A stretch of DNA of 37,540 bases from a virus. The translations under genes and the position numbers were made by a program. Under the pieces are notes generated by a model. The model was not told the DNA's origin. It searched no databases and was given only the letters and a program-made list of their open reading frames with translations. The stretch is taken from IMG/VR virus record IMGVR_UViG_3300045988_171251; one strand, written 5' to 3'. Shown here one piece after another: positions 24,170 through 32,201 of the stretch (position 1 is the first letter of the stretch; each line of letters opens with the position of its first letter).

Positions 24170-24547
24170 GTGATAAAGATGAGTAATTTAACAAAAAAAG
24201 AGCGTTTATTACATTCTTTAATTGGAATAAAACAATTATTTAATGATCTAGGCGCTGAGAATTTAAAAAATGAAATAGTGCTAAAAGATGGTACAACAGA
24301 AACAATAGATTGCTATAAAGAAATCGAGACATTTGTTGTTGATTTTATTAATAATGAAGTTGATAAAGCAACGCCTAAAAAAATCAGGTATGAAAATGCA
24401 CCAAAGCCTAGTATGGCATACATGTACTCCTGCCCTAATTGTGGAAGAATGCTAGGCGTTAATTGTAAGCCTACTTATATTAATTACTGTGACGAGTGCG
24501 GTATAAAGTTAGATTGGAGTGATTCAGATGAAAAAGATAATAGGTAA
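24170..24547 (+). CDS. Protein with a C-terminal zinc ribbon (CPNCG-x17-CDECG). Paralog of the previous gene.
   Basis: SD GGAGTGA. Same C-terminal architecture, ending ...CGIKLDW versus ...CGTKLY. Confidence 0.55.
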   Translation: MIKMSNLTKKERLLHSLIGIKQLFNDLGAENLKNEIVLKDGTTETIDCYKEIETFVVDFINNEVDKATPKKIRYENAPKPSMAYMYSCPNCGRMLGVNCKPTYINYCDECGIKLDWSDSDEKDNR

Positions 24548-24755
24548 TTTGCTGTATGACACTGAAAAGGCTGAAAAAATATACAGTTTCATGCAAAAAA
24601 GAAAAATATCAAGTTTTGGTGGAATGAATTTTTATGAATGGTATAGCGTTTTATCGAGGAATACAGTGAGCCGGAATTGAAAGAAATTCTTAAAAGAATA
24701 GACCCTGATAAGTATATAGAATTAGGATTTAATGATTTTGAAAATGCATAAAAAA

Positions 24756-24806
24756 GTACCCTGAAAGTGCGATTTTACGTAAATCAGGGGTACGGTAACT
24801 TTTTTT
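24756..24806 (+). terminator. Candidate intrinsic terminator (imperfect 9-10-bp stem GTACCCTGA...TCAGGGGTAC, then T7).
   Basis: Hairpin at 24756-24793, then GGTAAC and TTTTTTT at 24800-24806. Confidence 0.35.
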
Positions 24807-24941
24807 GAAAAAATAATAATGAATAATCGGCTAAGAGTGTTGATAGCTATAGAGTTTAAACGATTTATGTACTCTAACAAAAAAATTGACACTCTTAGGG
24901 ATTATGTAACTTTTTTTATAAGAGATTGGAGGAGTGGATTA

Positions 24942-25415
24942 GTGAAAATTTTAGATGCATGTTGTGGCTCAAAAATGTTTTGGTTTGATAAAGAAAATCC
25001 GAATGTTACATACATGGATATACGCAGATATAGTGATATTTTGTGCGATGGAAGAAAATTGGAAGTGCATCCAGATGTAATAGGTGATTTTAGAAATATG
25101 CAATTTTCTAATGATGAATTTGACTTAGTAGTATTTGATCCACCGCATTTAATAAAAGCCGGTAAAAATTCATGGTTGGCTAAAAAATATGGATTGCTGG
25201 ATTTTGCTAGTTGGCAAGATGATTTATCTAGTGGTTTTAATGAATGCATGAGAGTTTTAAAACCGTGCGGTACATTGATTTTCAAATGGAATGAAGAACA
25301 AGTAAAACTTAGTGAAGTATTGAAGTGTTTTAATCAAAAACCGTTATTTGGAAATAAGCGTTCTAAAACACACTGGTTGGTATTTGTTAAAAATGAGGTG
25401 AAAGAAAATGAGTAA
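24942..25415 (+). CDS. Small SAM-dependent DNA amino-methyltransferase (motif I then DPPH motif IV). An alternative upstream ATG at 24819 lacks an RBS.
   Basis: GTG 24942 with SD GGAGGAG 7 nt upstream. Motif I ILDACCGSKMFWF. Motif IV DLVVFDPPHL. Confidence 0.55.
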   Translation: MKILDACCGSKMFWFDKENPNVTYMDIRRYSDILCDGRKLEVHPDVIGDFRNMQFSNDEFDLVVFDPPHLIKAGKNSWLAKKYGLLDFASWQDDLSSGFNECMRVLKPCGTLIFKWNEEQVKLSEVLKCFNQKPLFGNKRSKTHWLVFVKNEVKENE

Positions 25416-25680
25416 TAAATTAAGACTACAAATTACAGAAAGATATAAACGAAATGTATTTATAAATGTAGTTGTTCCAGAGGGGAGATTATATGAATTT
25501 GATTGTATTTTAGATAACTATGAAAATTCATACAGCGATTACCAAACACTGATTGAAGAATTGTCTGATAAAGGTTTTAAAATATTATTTGTTGATGATA
25601 ACAAAATATTTGAATTTGAAGAAATACATGATATTGACTACTCATTTATCAATGAAGAGGTAAAAGAAAATGACGTCTAA
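25408..25680 (+). CDS. Hypothetical acidic protein.
   Basis: 8-nt overlap with the methyltransferase stop. 90-aa ORF. Confidence 0.4.
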   Translation: MSNKLRLQITERYKRNVFINVVVPEGRLYEFDCILDNYENSYSDYQTLIEELSDKGFKILFVDDNKIFEFEEIHDIDYSFINEEVKENDV

Positions 25681-25777
25681 ACAAATAGCATTCGTATTTT
25701 TTCTAATAATGTTTATTGCGTTTATTTTGTCGCTCGTTTTGGGAATTAGATATTTATTTAAGGAATGGAGGGGTTGA
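25670..25777 (+). CDS. 35-aa TM micro-protein (MTSKQIAFVFFLIMFIAFILSLVLGIRYLFKEWRG). Its stop TGA abuts the ATG of the next gene. Not in the ORF track.
   Basis: SD AGAGGT 9 nt upstream. One hydrophobic helix. Confidence 0.35.
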   Translation: MTSKQIAFVFFLIMFIAFILSLVLGIRYLFKEWRG

Positions 25778-26539
25778 ATGGCTTATTATTTTTATAGATT
25801 ATTTGAAGTTGATATGAATACTCCGATTGGAAAAAAATTAATTACTGATGATGTAATAATCAGTGATAATAGAGAAACAGCAAAACAGTTAATTATTAAT
25901 AAACATGGCAATCACCCTTTTAGAAAAACAAAAACGATGATATCAGGAGAACGTTATTACTATCTATCAGACAGCAATGAATACTGGTATAAATATCATC
26001 ACGAAGAATATAAAATGAAATGTGATATATGCGGAAAAGTATTTACAGTAATCGGAGGAAAAAATTTGTATAATCACCAAAATAAATATGGAAGTTATTG
26101 TTCTAACACGTGCCGTGATGAATTAATGAATAAAATACGTTCTAATGATCCATGGATTGATGAAAATGATCATTTAGGTATCCCTAAAGATAATGAAAAT
26201 AATTTAGCAGGATATATTTACAGGATAACAAATAAACATACGCTTAAAAGCTATATAGGTAAAACAATAAAACCGCCACTATTTCGATGGTGGCAGCATC
26301 TAAAAGTAAGTAATAAATTTGAACAGTATAATCTAAGCGACTTGGTTTTTGAAGTTTTAGAAATTGTAATTTTTGATGAAAAATCAGATGGTAAAAAATA
26401 TTCGTCAAAAGATGATAAATTGGCACATAGAGAAATGTTTTACATAACACATAATCAGACCGCTGATGAAGGATTAAATAAAATGATTGAAACATCTAAA
26501 ATTGAAACACAGCTTAGTTTAAAACTTGAAGAATGTTGA
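25778..26539 (+). CDS. GIY-YIG endonuclease-like protein (N-terminal Cys4 zinc finger, C-terminal GIY-YIG domain), a homing-endonuclease-type insert.
   Basis: SD GGAGGGG. CDICGK...CSNTCRDE. GYIYRITN...YIGKT...R..WWQH...E. Confidence 0.55.
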   Translation: MAYYFYRLFEVDMNTPIGKKLITDDVIISDNRETAKQLIINKHGNHPFRKTKTMISGERYYYLSDSNEYWYKYHHEEYKMKCDICGKVFTVIGGKNLYNHQNKYGSYCSNTCRDELMNKIRSNDPWIDENDHLGIPKDNENNLAGYIYRITNKHTLKSYIGKTIKPPLFRWWQHLKVSNKFEQYNLSDLVFEVLEIVIFDEKSDGKKYSSKDDKLAHREMFYITHNQTADEGLNKMIETSKIETQLSLKLEEC

Positions 26540-26551
26540 GAGGTGAAAGTG

Positions 26552-27217
26552 ATGGAGACTAAAGTTAGACAAAGCAACTACATAACAATTTTAGGATGGA
26601 TGATATCAGATTTAAAGTTAAAAGGTAATGCACTGCTTATTTATGCAATTATTTACGGCTTTTCACAAACACAAGATTTAGCATATACAGGAAGTAGACA
26701 ATATTTAGCGGATTGGACTAATTCAACACTTCAGGGAGTATCTAAATGTCTAAAAAAATTAGTAGATGATGGTTTTATCAGCAAGAAAGAAAATGTAATA
26801 AATGGTGTTAAATTTTGCGAATATAAAGCAGTAGTTCCCGAGTTGCTACCAGTAAACAAAGTTTACGGGGGTAGGCAACAAAGTTTACATAATAATATAG
26901 AATATAATACTAGTAATATATATAGTGCAAAATTTGATAAAAATGATGCATTTAAAAGATTCTGGAGTGTATATCCAAGACATACGAACAAGAAAAAAGC
27001 ATTTGATGTTTTTGTTAAAAAATGTACCGATGAAACTGTACTGCAAAAGATGTTAAGCGCAGTTGTTGATTATAAAGAGACAGAACAGTGGCAGAATGAA
27101 AGATTTATACCTCACGCTTCCACATGGCTTAACGGCGAAAGATGGGAAGATGAAATCAGTACAGTTTCTAAAAACAATACAAATGATGATAATGGATGGA
27201 TGAGCGGATATGAATAA
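26552..27217 (+). CDS. Phage replisome organizer / DnaD-like replication initiation protein.
   Basis: ATG 26552 after GAGAGGTG. N-terminal wHTH region (LLIYAIIYGFSQ). C-terminal FWSVYPRHTNKKKAFDVFVKK...WLNGERWEDE signature. Confidence 0.65.
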   Translation: METKVRQSNYITILGWMISDLKLKGNALLIYAIIYGFSQTQDLAYTGSRQYLADWTNSTLQGVSKCLKKLVDDGFISKKENVINGVKFCEYKAVVPELLPVNKVYGGRQQSLHNNIEYNTSNIYSAKFDKNDAFKRFWSVYPRHTNKKKAFDVFVKKCTDETVLQKMLSAVVDYKETEQWQNERFIPHASTWLNGERWEDEISTVSKNNTNDDNGWMSGYE

Positions 27218-28403
27218 TTATCAGGATGATCTAATCGGTATGTTTCTTGTTAAACCGCAGCTTCTGGATTTAACTATTCTAAAACCGTCATATTTCGATA
27301 AGAAGCATCGCGATATATTTACTGCTATAAAAAAGTCGTATAAGGAAAATAAAACTATTATTTTAGAGGATATCCTAGCAGTAAAGGGAATTGATGTTGA
27401 TCTTGTTATTGCCTGTTCTACAAGTACCGCAACAACTGCTCTATTTGAACAGTATCAGGATTACGCGATTAAGGAGTATAAAAAGAAAGCCTTATTGGCA
27501 ACTGCTAAAAAGCTCCAGAATGAAGAAATTACAATTGATGAATTTTACAAGGATACAAACAATTTTGCATCTTTAGGGTCTTATTCATCGACGAGGCTTA
27601 CTAAAGAACTGTTAAAAGGTTCTATCACTAAACACAAGAATAATATCAAATTTACTAGATTTACAATTTTGGAAAAGAAACTAAATCTAAAAGAGAATGA
27701 TTTTGTTATACTTGCCGGTGCTACCGGTGTAGGTAAATCAGGTATAGCTATAAATCTATTAGATGATCTGTCTCACAATTATCCTTGTGTATATTTCAAT
27801 TTCGAAATGGTAGAAGAGGAGCTGTATCAAAGGCTTATTTCAATTAATTCAAAATTAAATCAAAAAATGTTAGAGAGTTATGAAACATTGCCACAAAAAA
27901 ATATGAGCGTTGTTAATGATGCAATTGATGATATTTCAAAAAGACATATTGATATTATCAATCATTCATCAACATTGGATAAATTAAGATCGTTTATTAT
28001 GAGCTACAAAAGCGATAAGCATTTTATAGTGTTTGTGGACCATGTAGGGCTTATTGGTGTATGTGTTAAAAACAGTTATGAAAAAATGACAGAAGTAGCC
28101 AAGGAGCTAAGAAAAATGAGTTTGGATAACAACTGTACGATTATTGGACTTTGCCAATTAAACCGGGAAGCAACTAAAAATGCAAAACAGCCTAATTTAT
28201 CAATGTTAAGAGATTCAGGTGAGCTGGAACAAAGTGCAAGCAAGGTTATATTTGTCTGGAAGAACGAAAAAGACTGCGCAGAAGATTATTATCTAGTTAT
28301 CGAGAAAAACAGAAGCGGTCCTAAATCAATTATTCCAATAGGCTACAACAAAGAAAATCAAATTGCCTATGAATTAAGCAATAAGAGAGATTTAAGGACA
28401 TAG
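27210..28403 (+). CDS. dnaB: DnaB-family replicative helicase.
   Basis: Walker A LAGATGVGKSGIAINL. FNFEM. VFVDHVGLI. GLCQLNREA. LSMLRDSGELEQSASKV. Confidence 0.85.
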   Translation: MNNYQDDLIGMFLVKPQLLDLTILKPSYFDKKHRDIFTAIKKSYKENKTIILEDILAVKGIDVDLVIACSTSTATTALFEQYQDYAIKEYKKKALLATAKKLQNEEITIDEFYKDTNNFASLGSYSSTRLTKELLKGSITKHKNNIKFTRFTILEKKLNLKENDFVILAGATGVGKSGIAINLLDDLSHNYPCVYFNFEMVEEELYQRLISINSKLNQKMLESYETLPQKNMSVVNDAIDDISKRHIDIINHSSTLDKLRSFIMSYKSDKHFIVFVDHVGLIGVCVKNSYEKMTEVAKELRKMSLDNNCTIIGLCQLNREATKNAKQPNLSMLRDSGELEQSASKVIFVWKNEKDCAEDYYLVIEKNRSGPKSIIPIGYNKENQIAYELSNKRDLRT

Positions 28404-28416
28404 GAGGATTTAGAAA

Positions 28417-28629
28417 ATGAACAAAAGCGAAAAGCAATATAAAGATGAAATTATAGATAAAAATAGCATTTTTGATGAATTACTTGTACAAGATGATAAA
28501 ACACATCTTTTTATAGTAAAAACATCAAACCAAGGTACTGTTATTGACCCAGGTGAACTAACCGTAGTTTTAATTAAGGATGCAATAAAAAAAGATGATT
28601 ATATCTTTATAAAAAGAACAGAAATTTAA
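28417..28629 (+). CDS. Hypothetical small protein.
   Basis: SD TAGGAGGA. 70-aa ORF. Confidence 0.4.
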   Translation: MNKSEKQYKDEIIDKNSIFDELLVQDDKTHLFIVKTSNQGTVIDPGELTVVLIKDAIKKDDYIFIKRTEI

Positions 28630-28740
28630 TAAAAACTATTTTGATTAAAAATTCTCTCTAATCGCATATGTAACAAGGGATTAGAGAGAAAATATAAATG
28701 CAATATAACATCTTGGATATATTGCACGTTTAAAGGAGTA
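28629..28740 (+). repeat. Copy B of the two-hairpin leader element. Hairpin 1 is 28653-28689, hairpin 2 is 28699-28726. It ends in SD AAAGGAG ahead of ATG 28745.
   Basis: About 85% identical to copy A, with stems conserved and loops replaced. Confidence 0.75.
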
Positions 28741-28744
28741 AAAA

Positions 28745-28969
28745 ATGAAAATAAATAGAACAGATGATTTAGGTATAAGTAATGAACTGTTAGCGGATTA
28801 TATTAAACGATATGAGGCAGCTGTGAATCATGTGTTTAAGGATTACCCTAAACAGCCATCAATTTACAGTCATGAACGGCAGGAGTACAGTGGACTAGAC
28901 ATAAATACATATATCTATATCGCAGATAATTATGAAACATTAAAGGAGAGGCTTAATGGAAGAAAATGA
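28745..28969 (+). CDS. Hypothetical protein, first gene of the late-regulator operon.
   Basis: SD AAAGGAG 7 nt upstream. 74-aa ORF. Confidence 0.45.
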   Translation: MKINRTDDLGISNELLADYIKRYEAAVNHVFKDYPKQPSIYSHERQEYSGLDINTYIYIADNYETLKERLNGRK

Positions 28970-29387
28970 AGTAACAAAAGCAGATATTAAACAGTTTATC
29001 AGAGATGTAACATCATGCGGTTATTACAACCGTAAAATCATATCTTTAACTAATCAGTTAGAAGCAATACATGTTCAGCTTGTGGGGGTAAAATCAATAG
29101 CGCCGAAAGAGTACCATGTTGAGAACAAAATACCGTTCAGTATGCAGGGAATAAATTCTTTACTCATTGATGAAGAAAAATTAATATTAGAACGTGATAA
29201 ATATATTCGTAAGATAAATGAGGTAAGAATACTGTTCGATCAGTTGCCTATTAACATTCAAATCATGATGGTGGAACTGTATGTTTGTGGTTACAATCAT
29301 ACAAAGGTAGCTAACCGTTATAACTTTGCTAGACAGTATTTATATAAACTTATTAATAAATCAGTAAAAAAAGTTTTAAAAAAATAA
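28956..29387 (+). CDS. RinA/ArpU-family late transcriptional activator (sigma-70 region-4-like C-terminus).
   Basis: C-terminal MMVELYVCGYNHTKVANRYNFARQYLYKLINKSVKKV HTH. About 140 aa. Positioned just upstream of HNH and the terminase. Confidence 0.5.
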   Translation: MEENEVTKADIKQFIRDVTSCGYYNRKIISLTNQLEAIHVQLVGVKSIAPKEYHVENKIPFSMQGINSLLIDEEKLILERDKYIRKINEVRILFDQLPINIQIMMVELYVCGYNHTKVANRYNFARQYLYKLINKSVKKVLKK

Positions 29388-29482
29388 AAGAGGTGACAAT
29401 GTAACCTACTTTTATGTGTTATTATGATATTGTGGAAGTTTTGAAAGAACGCCATAACAACAGTTAATCAACACTTTACAGG

Positions 29483-29512
29483 AAGAAACTCGAAAGGGTT
29501 TCTTTTATTTTA
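29483..29512 (+). terminator. Rho-independent terminator after the late-activator gene.
   Basis: Stem AAGAAAC / GTTTCTT with loop TCGAAAGG, followed by TTATTTT. Confidence 0.6.
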
Positions 29513-29588
29513 AACTGTCAATCATGTATGACATTCCTCTCCCTCAAGTCCTGCATGGCTGGCAGTTTAAAATGAGGTGACAGAAAAG

Positions 29589-29945
29589 ATGGATGAGAAA
29601 CTACTTGAATTTATTAACGAGTGTATAAGGAAAGACGATATGCATGCATTCTATATTCGCAGCATATGGAAGAATAAAAGAAAGCATATTATCGAACGTG
29701 ATCACTGTGAATGTCAGGAGTGTAAACGAAACGGTAAAGTAACTATCGTCAAACCTAAAGCAAAAGAAAAATCACAGCGGGCATATGTTCATCATATAAA
29801 GCATCTGCGTGATTATCCGGAACTTGCATTAGAGGACAGCAATCTGGAAACTTTATGCTTCAGCTGTCACGAGCTGGAACATACAGATGAACGCCATAAA
29901 TTTGAAACTGGAAAGGATAAATTTGTAAATGAAGAAAGATGGTAA
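29589..29945 (+). CDS. HNH endonuclease (terminase-associated).
   Basis: HCECQECKRNG...YVHHIKHL...LCFSCHELEH. SD TGAGGTG 9 nt before ATG 29589. Confidence 0.8.
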   Translation: MDEKLLEFINECIRKDDMHAFYIRSIWKNKRKHIIERDHCECQECKRNGKVTIVKPKAKEKSQRAYVHHIKHLRDYPELALEDSNLETLCFSCHELEHTDERHKFETGKDKFVNEERW

Positions 29946-30039
29946 TAAGAAAACTGTAACATACTATAGAGGACATGAAGTCTTTGTAGTCGTGCCAAAG
30001 AAAAAAAGAAACAGTAGAAATAAAAATACAAAATAATTT

Positions 30040-30160
30040 TATTTTTGACCAGGTTGTAAAACAGATACCCCCCGTCAAAAAAATCCGGTCTTTAAACATG
30101 TTACTGGAGAACGGGGAGTGGGGATGACATTTCATAAAAAATTCGCGCGTGTACATGAGG
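30040..30160. other. Candidate cos region: a GC-rich island (CCCCCCGTC...GAACGGGGAGTGGGG...CGCGCG) between HNH and terS in an otherwise AT-rich genome.
   Basis: The HNH + P27 terS + terL arrangement is typical of cos packaging. The intergenic 225 bp holds the G/C runs at 30068-30076, 30109-30123 and 30144-30149. Confidence 0.3.
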
Positions 30161-30170
30161 AGGTGATTTT

Positions 30171-30509
30171 ATGCGGATACCGAAAAAAAATCTAACAGCA
30201 GAGCAGTCTAGAATTAGAGAAGATTTAGAAAATCAGCTTAAGTACAAAGGGCTTGATGGAAAATATTTTCAGGACCTTGTAGAAGATTATATCTTTCTTC
30301 TTGTTAAAAAGGATACTCTTCAGGAAGATATCGATGAAAACGGTGTTAGGATCACAACCTATAATTCTAAAGGACTGCCAATCGAAAAGAAAAATGAAAG
30401 TTATGATCTGCTGCTTAAATATAATCAGCAGATGATTAAAATTCTGGAATATCTGGGAATAAAGCCAAGTGAAAATACTGTATCAGGAGGAAGTGACGAT
30501 GAATTGTAG
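30171..30509 (+). CDS. terS: Terminase small subunit, P27 family.
   Basis: About 110 aa. P27-like pattern ending ...LEYLGIKPSENTVSGGSDDEL. SD GAGGAGGTG. Confidence 0.75.
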   Translation: MRIPKKNLTAEQSRIREDLENQLKYKGLDGKYFQDLVEDYIFLLVKKDTLQEDIDENGVRITTYNSKGLPIEKKNESYDLLLKYNQQMIKILEYLGIKPSENTVSGGSDDEL

Positions 30510-32187
30510 ACTTCCTTTTTTTGTTGAAAGATATTTTGATTTTATGGATGATCATTGCGAAAAATTCTGCGAAGATCAATGGGCACTTAGAAAATTGATA
30601 ATCAGAACTTTTGAAAATGATGATATTTATGTTGATATAAAACAGGCAGAAAGTTATTTTGGATTATCAAAATATTTTGATTTTGAAAGGATGTTTGAAT
30701 GGCAGGAATTTGTTCTGGGGCTGCATTTATGTACATACTGGAGGAATTCCGGGCTTCCAAGGTGGCCCGATGCATTGATATTGATGGGACGTGGAAACGG
30801 CAAAGATGGTACTATATCACTTGAATCTCTTTCGCTTATAAGTCCATACAATCCTGTTAATGAGTATGATGTGGATATATGTGCAAATAATGAAACACAG
30901 GCAAAACGACCTGCAAAGGATATCGTAACAGCCTTTGAAAGAAACAGAAAGAAGATGCTGCGTTTTTTTCACTGGACTCAGGAGAGTATAAGAGGACTTA
31001 AAAGAAATTCGTTTATTCACGGACATACAAACAACGCCAAAGGAAAGGACGGTCTGCGTTCAGGCTGTGTTATTTTTAATGAGTACCATGCTTATGAAAA
31101 TTATGACAATATCAATGTTTTTACTACTGGACTTGGAAAAAAGAAACATCCCAGGCGTACGATCTACACGACTAATGGAAATGTGGTTGACGGTCCGCTT
31201 GATGAACTTATAAAAAAATGTGAAGGAATACTTTATGAAGATAAGCCGGATGACGGACTGTTTCCGTTTATATGCCGGCTGAATTCAAAAAATGATGTGC
31301 ATGATGAAAAGAACTGGTATATGGCTAATCCATCACTCTTTTACATGCCGAATCTGTTGAACGAAATCAGAAAAGAGTATCGTGAATGGAAAGAAAATCC
31401 TGCAAGACTTCCGGATTTTATGACAAAACGAATGAATATAAGAGAGTCCAACAGTGAACTTGCGGTCACAAGCTGGGAGAATCTTGAAAAAACAGACAAA
31501 ATATATGACGGAAAACTTCGCGGTCATGAGTGTATAGCTGGCATCGATTTTTCTAAAACTACCGACTGGACAGCTGTAAATCTTCATTTTAAGGATGGAG
31601 ACATTAGAATCGATATGAATAAAGCATGGATATGCATGAACAATCCGGAAATTTCACGACTGACATGTCCGTATATGGACTGGGCGGAAAAAGGATATGT
31701 TGAGCTGGTTGATGATGTCGAAATCAGACCTAAAATGATTGCTGAATATATCAGGGAAAAAGGAAGAATCTACCGTATCAAAGCCATCTGCCTAGATGAC
31801 TACAGATATGATATTTTGCGGGACTGCCTTGAAGAAATTGGATATTCGATTGAAAGAAAAAATATTATTCTTATAAGACCAAGACATATCATGAAGATAT
31901 ACCCGATAATCGACCGATGTTTTGCTAATCAGTATTTTTACTGGGGTGAACAGCCTCATTTAAGATGGGCAACAAATAATACAAAACTCGTTCGCACAAA
32001 AAAGTCAACGCTTGCCACAGATGGTGAGCTTGATATGGGAAACTTTCTTTTTGGAAAGATCGAACCAAAATCACGAAAGACGGATCCATTCATGGCACTT
32101 GTGCATTCGATGTGCGGTGAAGATAAGCTGTCACCTGTATATAAAGTATCAAGAGCACGCAAAAGAGTACGCGTGAGTACCTTTTAG
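30499..32187 (+). CDS. terL: Terminase large subunit (Terminase_1-like ATPase plus nuclease).
   Basis: ATG 30499 after AGGAGG. ATPase region LILMGRGNGKDG (Walker A). Correct size and position. Confidence 0.85.
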   Translation: MNCRLPFFVERYFDFMDDHCEKFCEDQWALRKLIIRTFENDDIYVDIKQAESYFGLSKYFDFERMFEWQEFVLGLHLCTYWRNSGLPRWPDALILMGRGNGKDGTISLESLSLISPYNPVNEYDVDICANNETQAKRPAKDIVTAFERNRKKMLRFFHWTQESIRGLKRNSFIHGHTNNAKGKDGLRSGCVIFNEYHAYENYDNINVFTTGLGKKKHPRRTIYTTNGNVVDGPLDELIKKCEGILYEDKPDDGLFPFICRLNSKNDVHDEKNWYMANPSLFYMPNLLNEIRKEYREWKENPARLPDFMTKRMNIRESNSELAVTSWENLEKTDKIYDGKLRGHECIAGIDFSKTTDWTAVNLHFKDGDIRIDMNKAWICMNNPEISRLTCPYMDWAEKGYVELVDDVEIRPKMIAEYIREKGRIYRIKAICLDDYRYDILRDCLEEIGYSIERKNIILIRPRHIMKIYPIIDRCFANQYFYWGEQPHLRWATNNTKLVRTKKSTLATDGELDMGNFLFGKIEPKSRKTDPFMALVHSMCGEDKLSPVYKVSRARKRVRVSTF

Positions 32188-32201
32188 AAAGGGGGTGAAT
32201 T

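Noticed and set aside
22573-28740. The two ~110-bp repeats as CRISPR repeats or as the ends of a mobile element excised by the small recombinase.
   Set aside because: There are only two copies, 6 kb apart, with no spacer architecture. The intervening DNA is the essential replication module. Both copies sit as 5' leaders with SDs, so a regulatory leader is the simpler reading.
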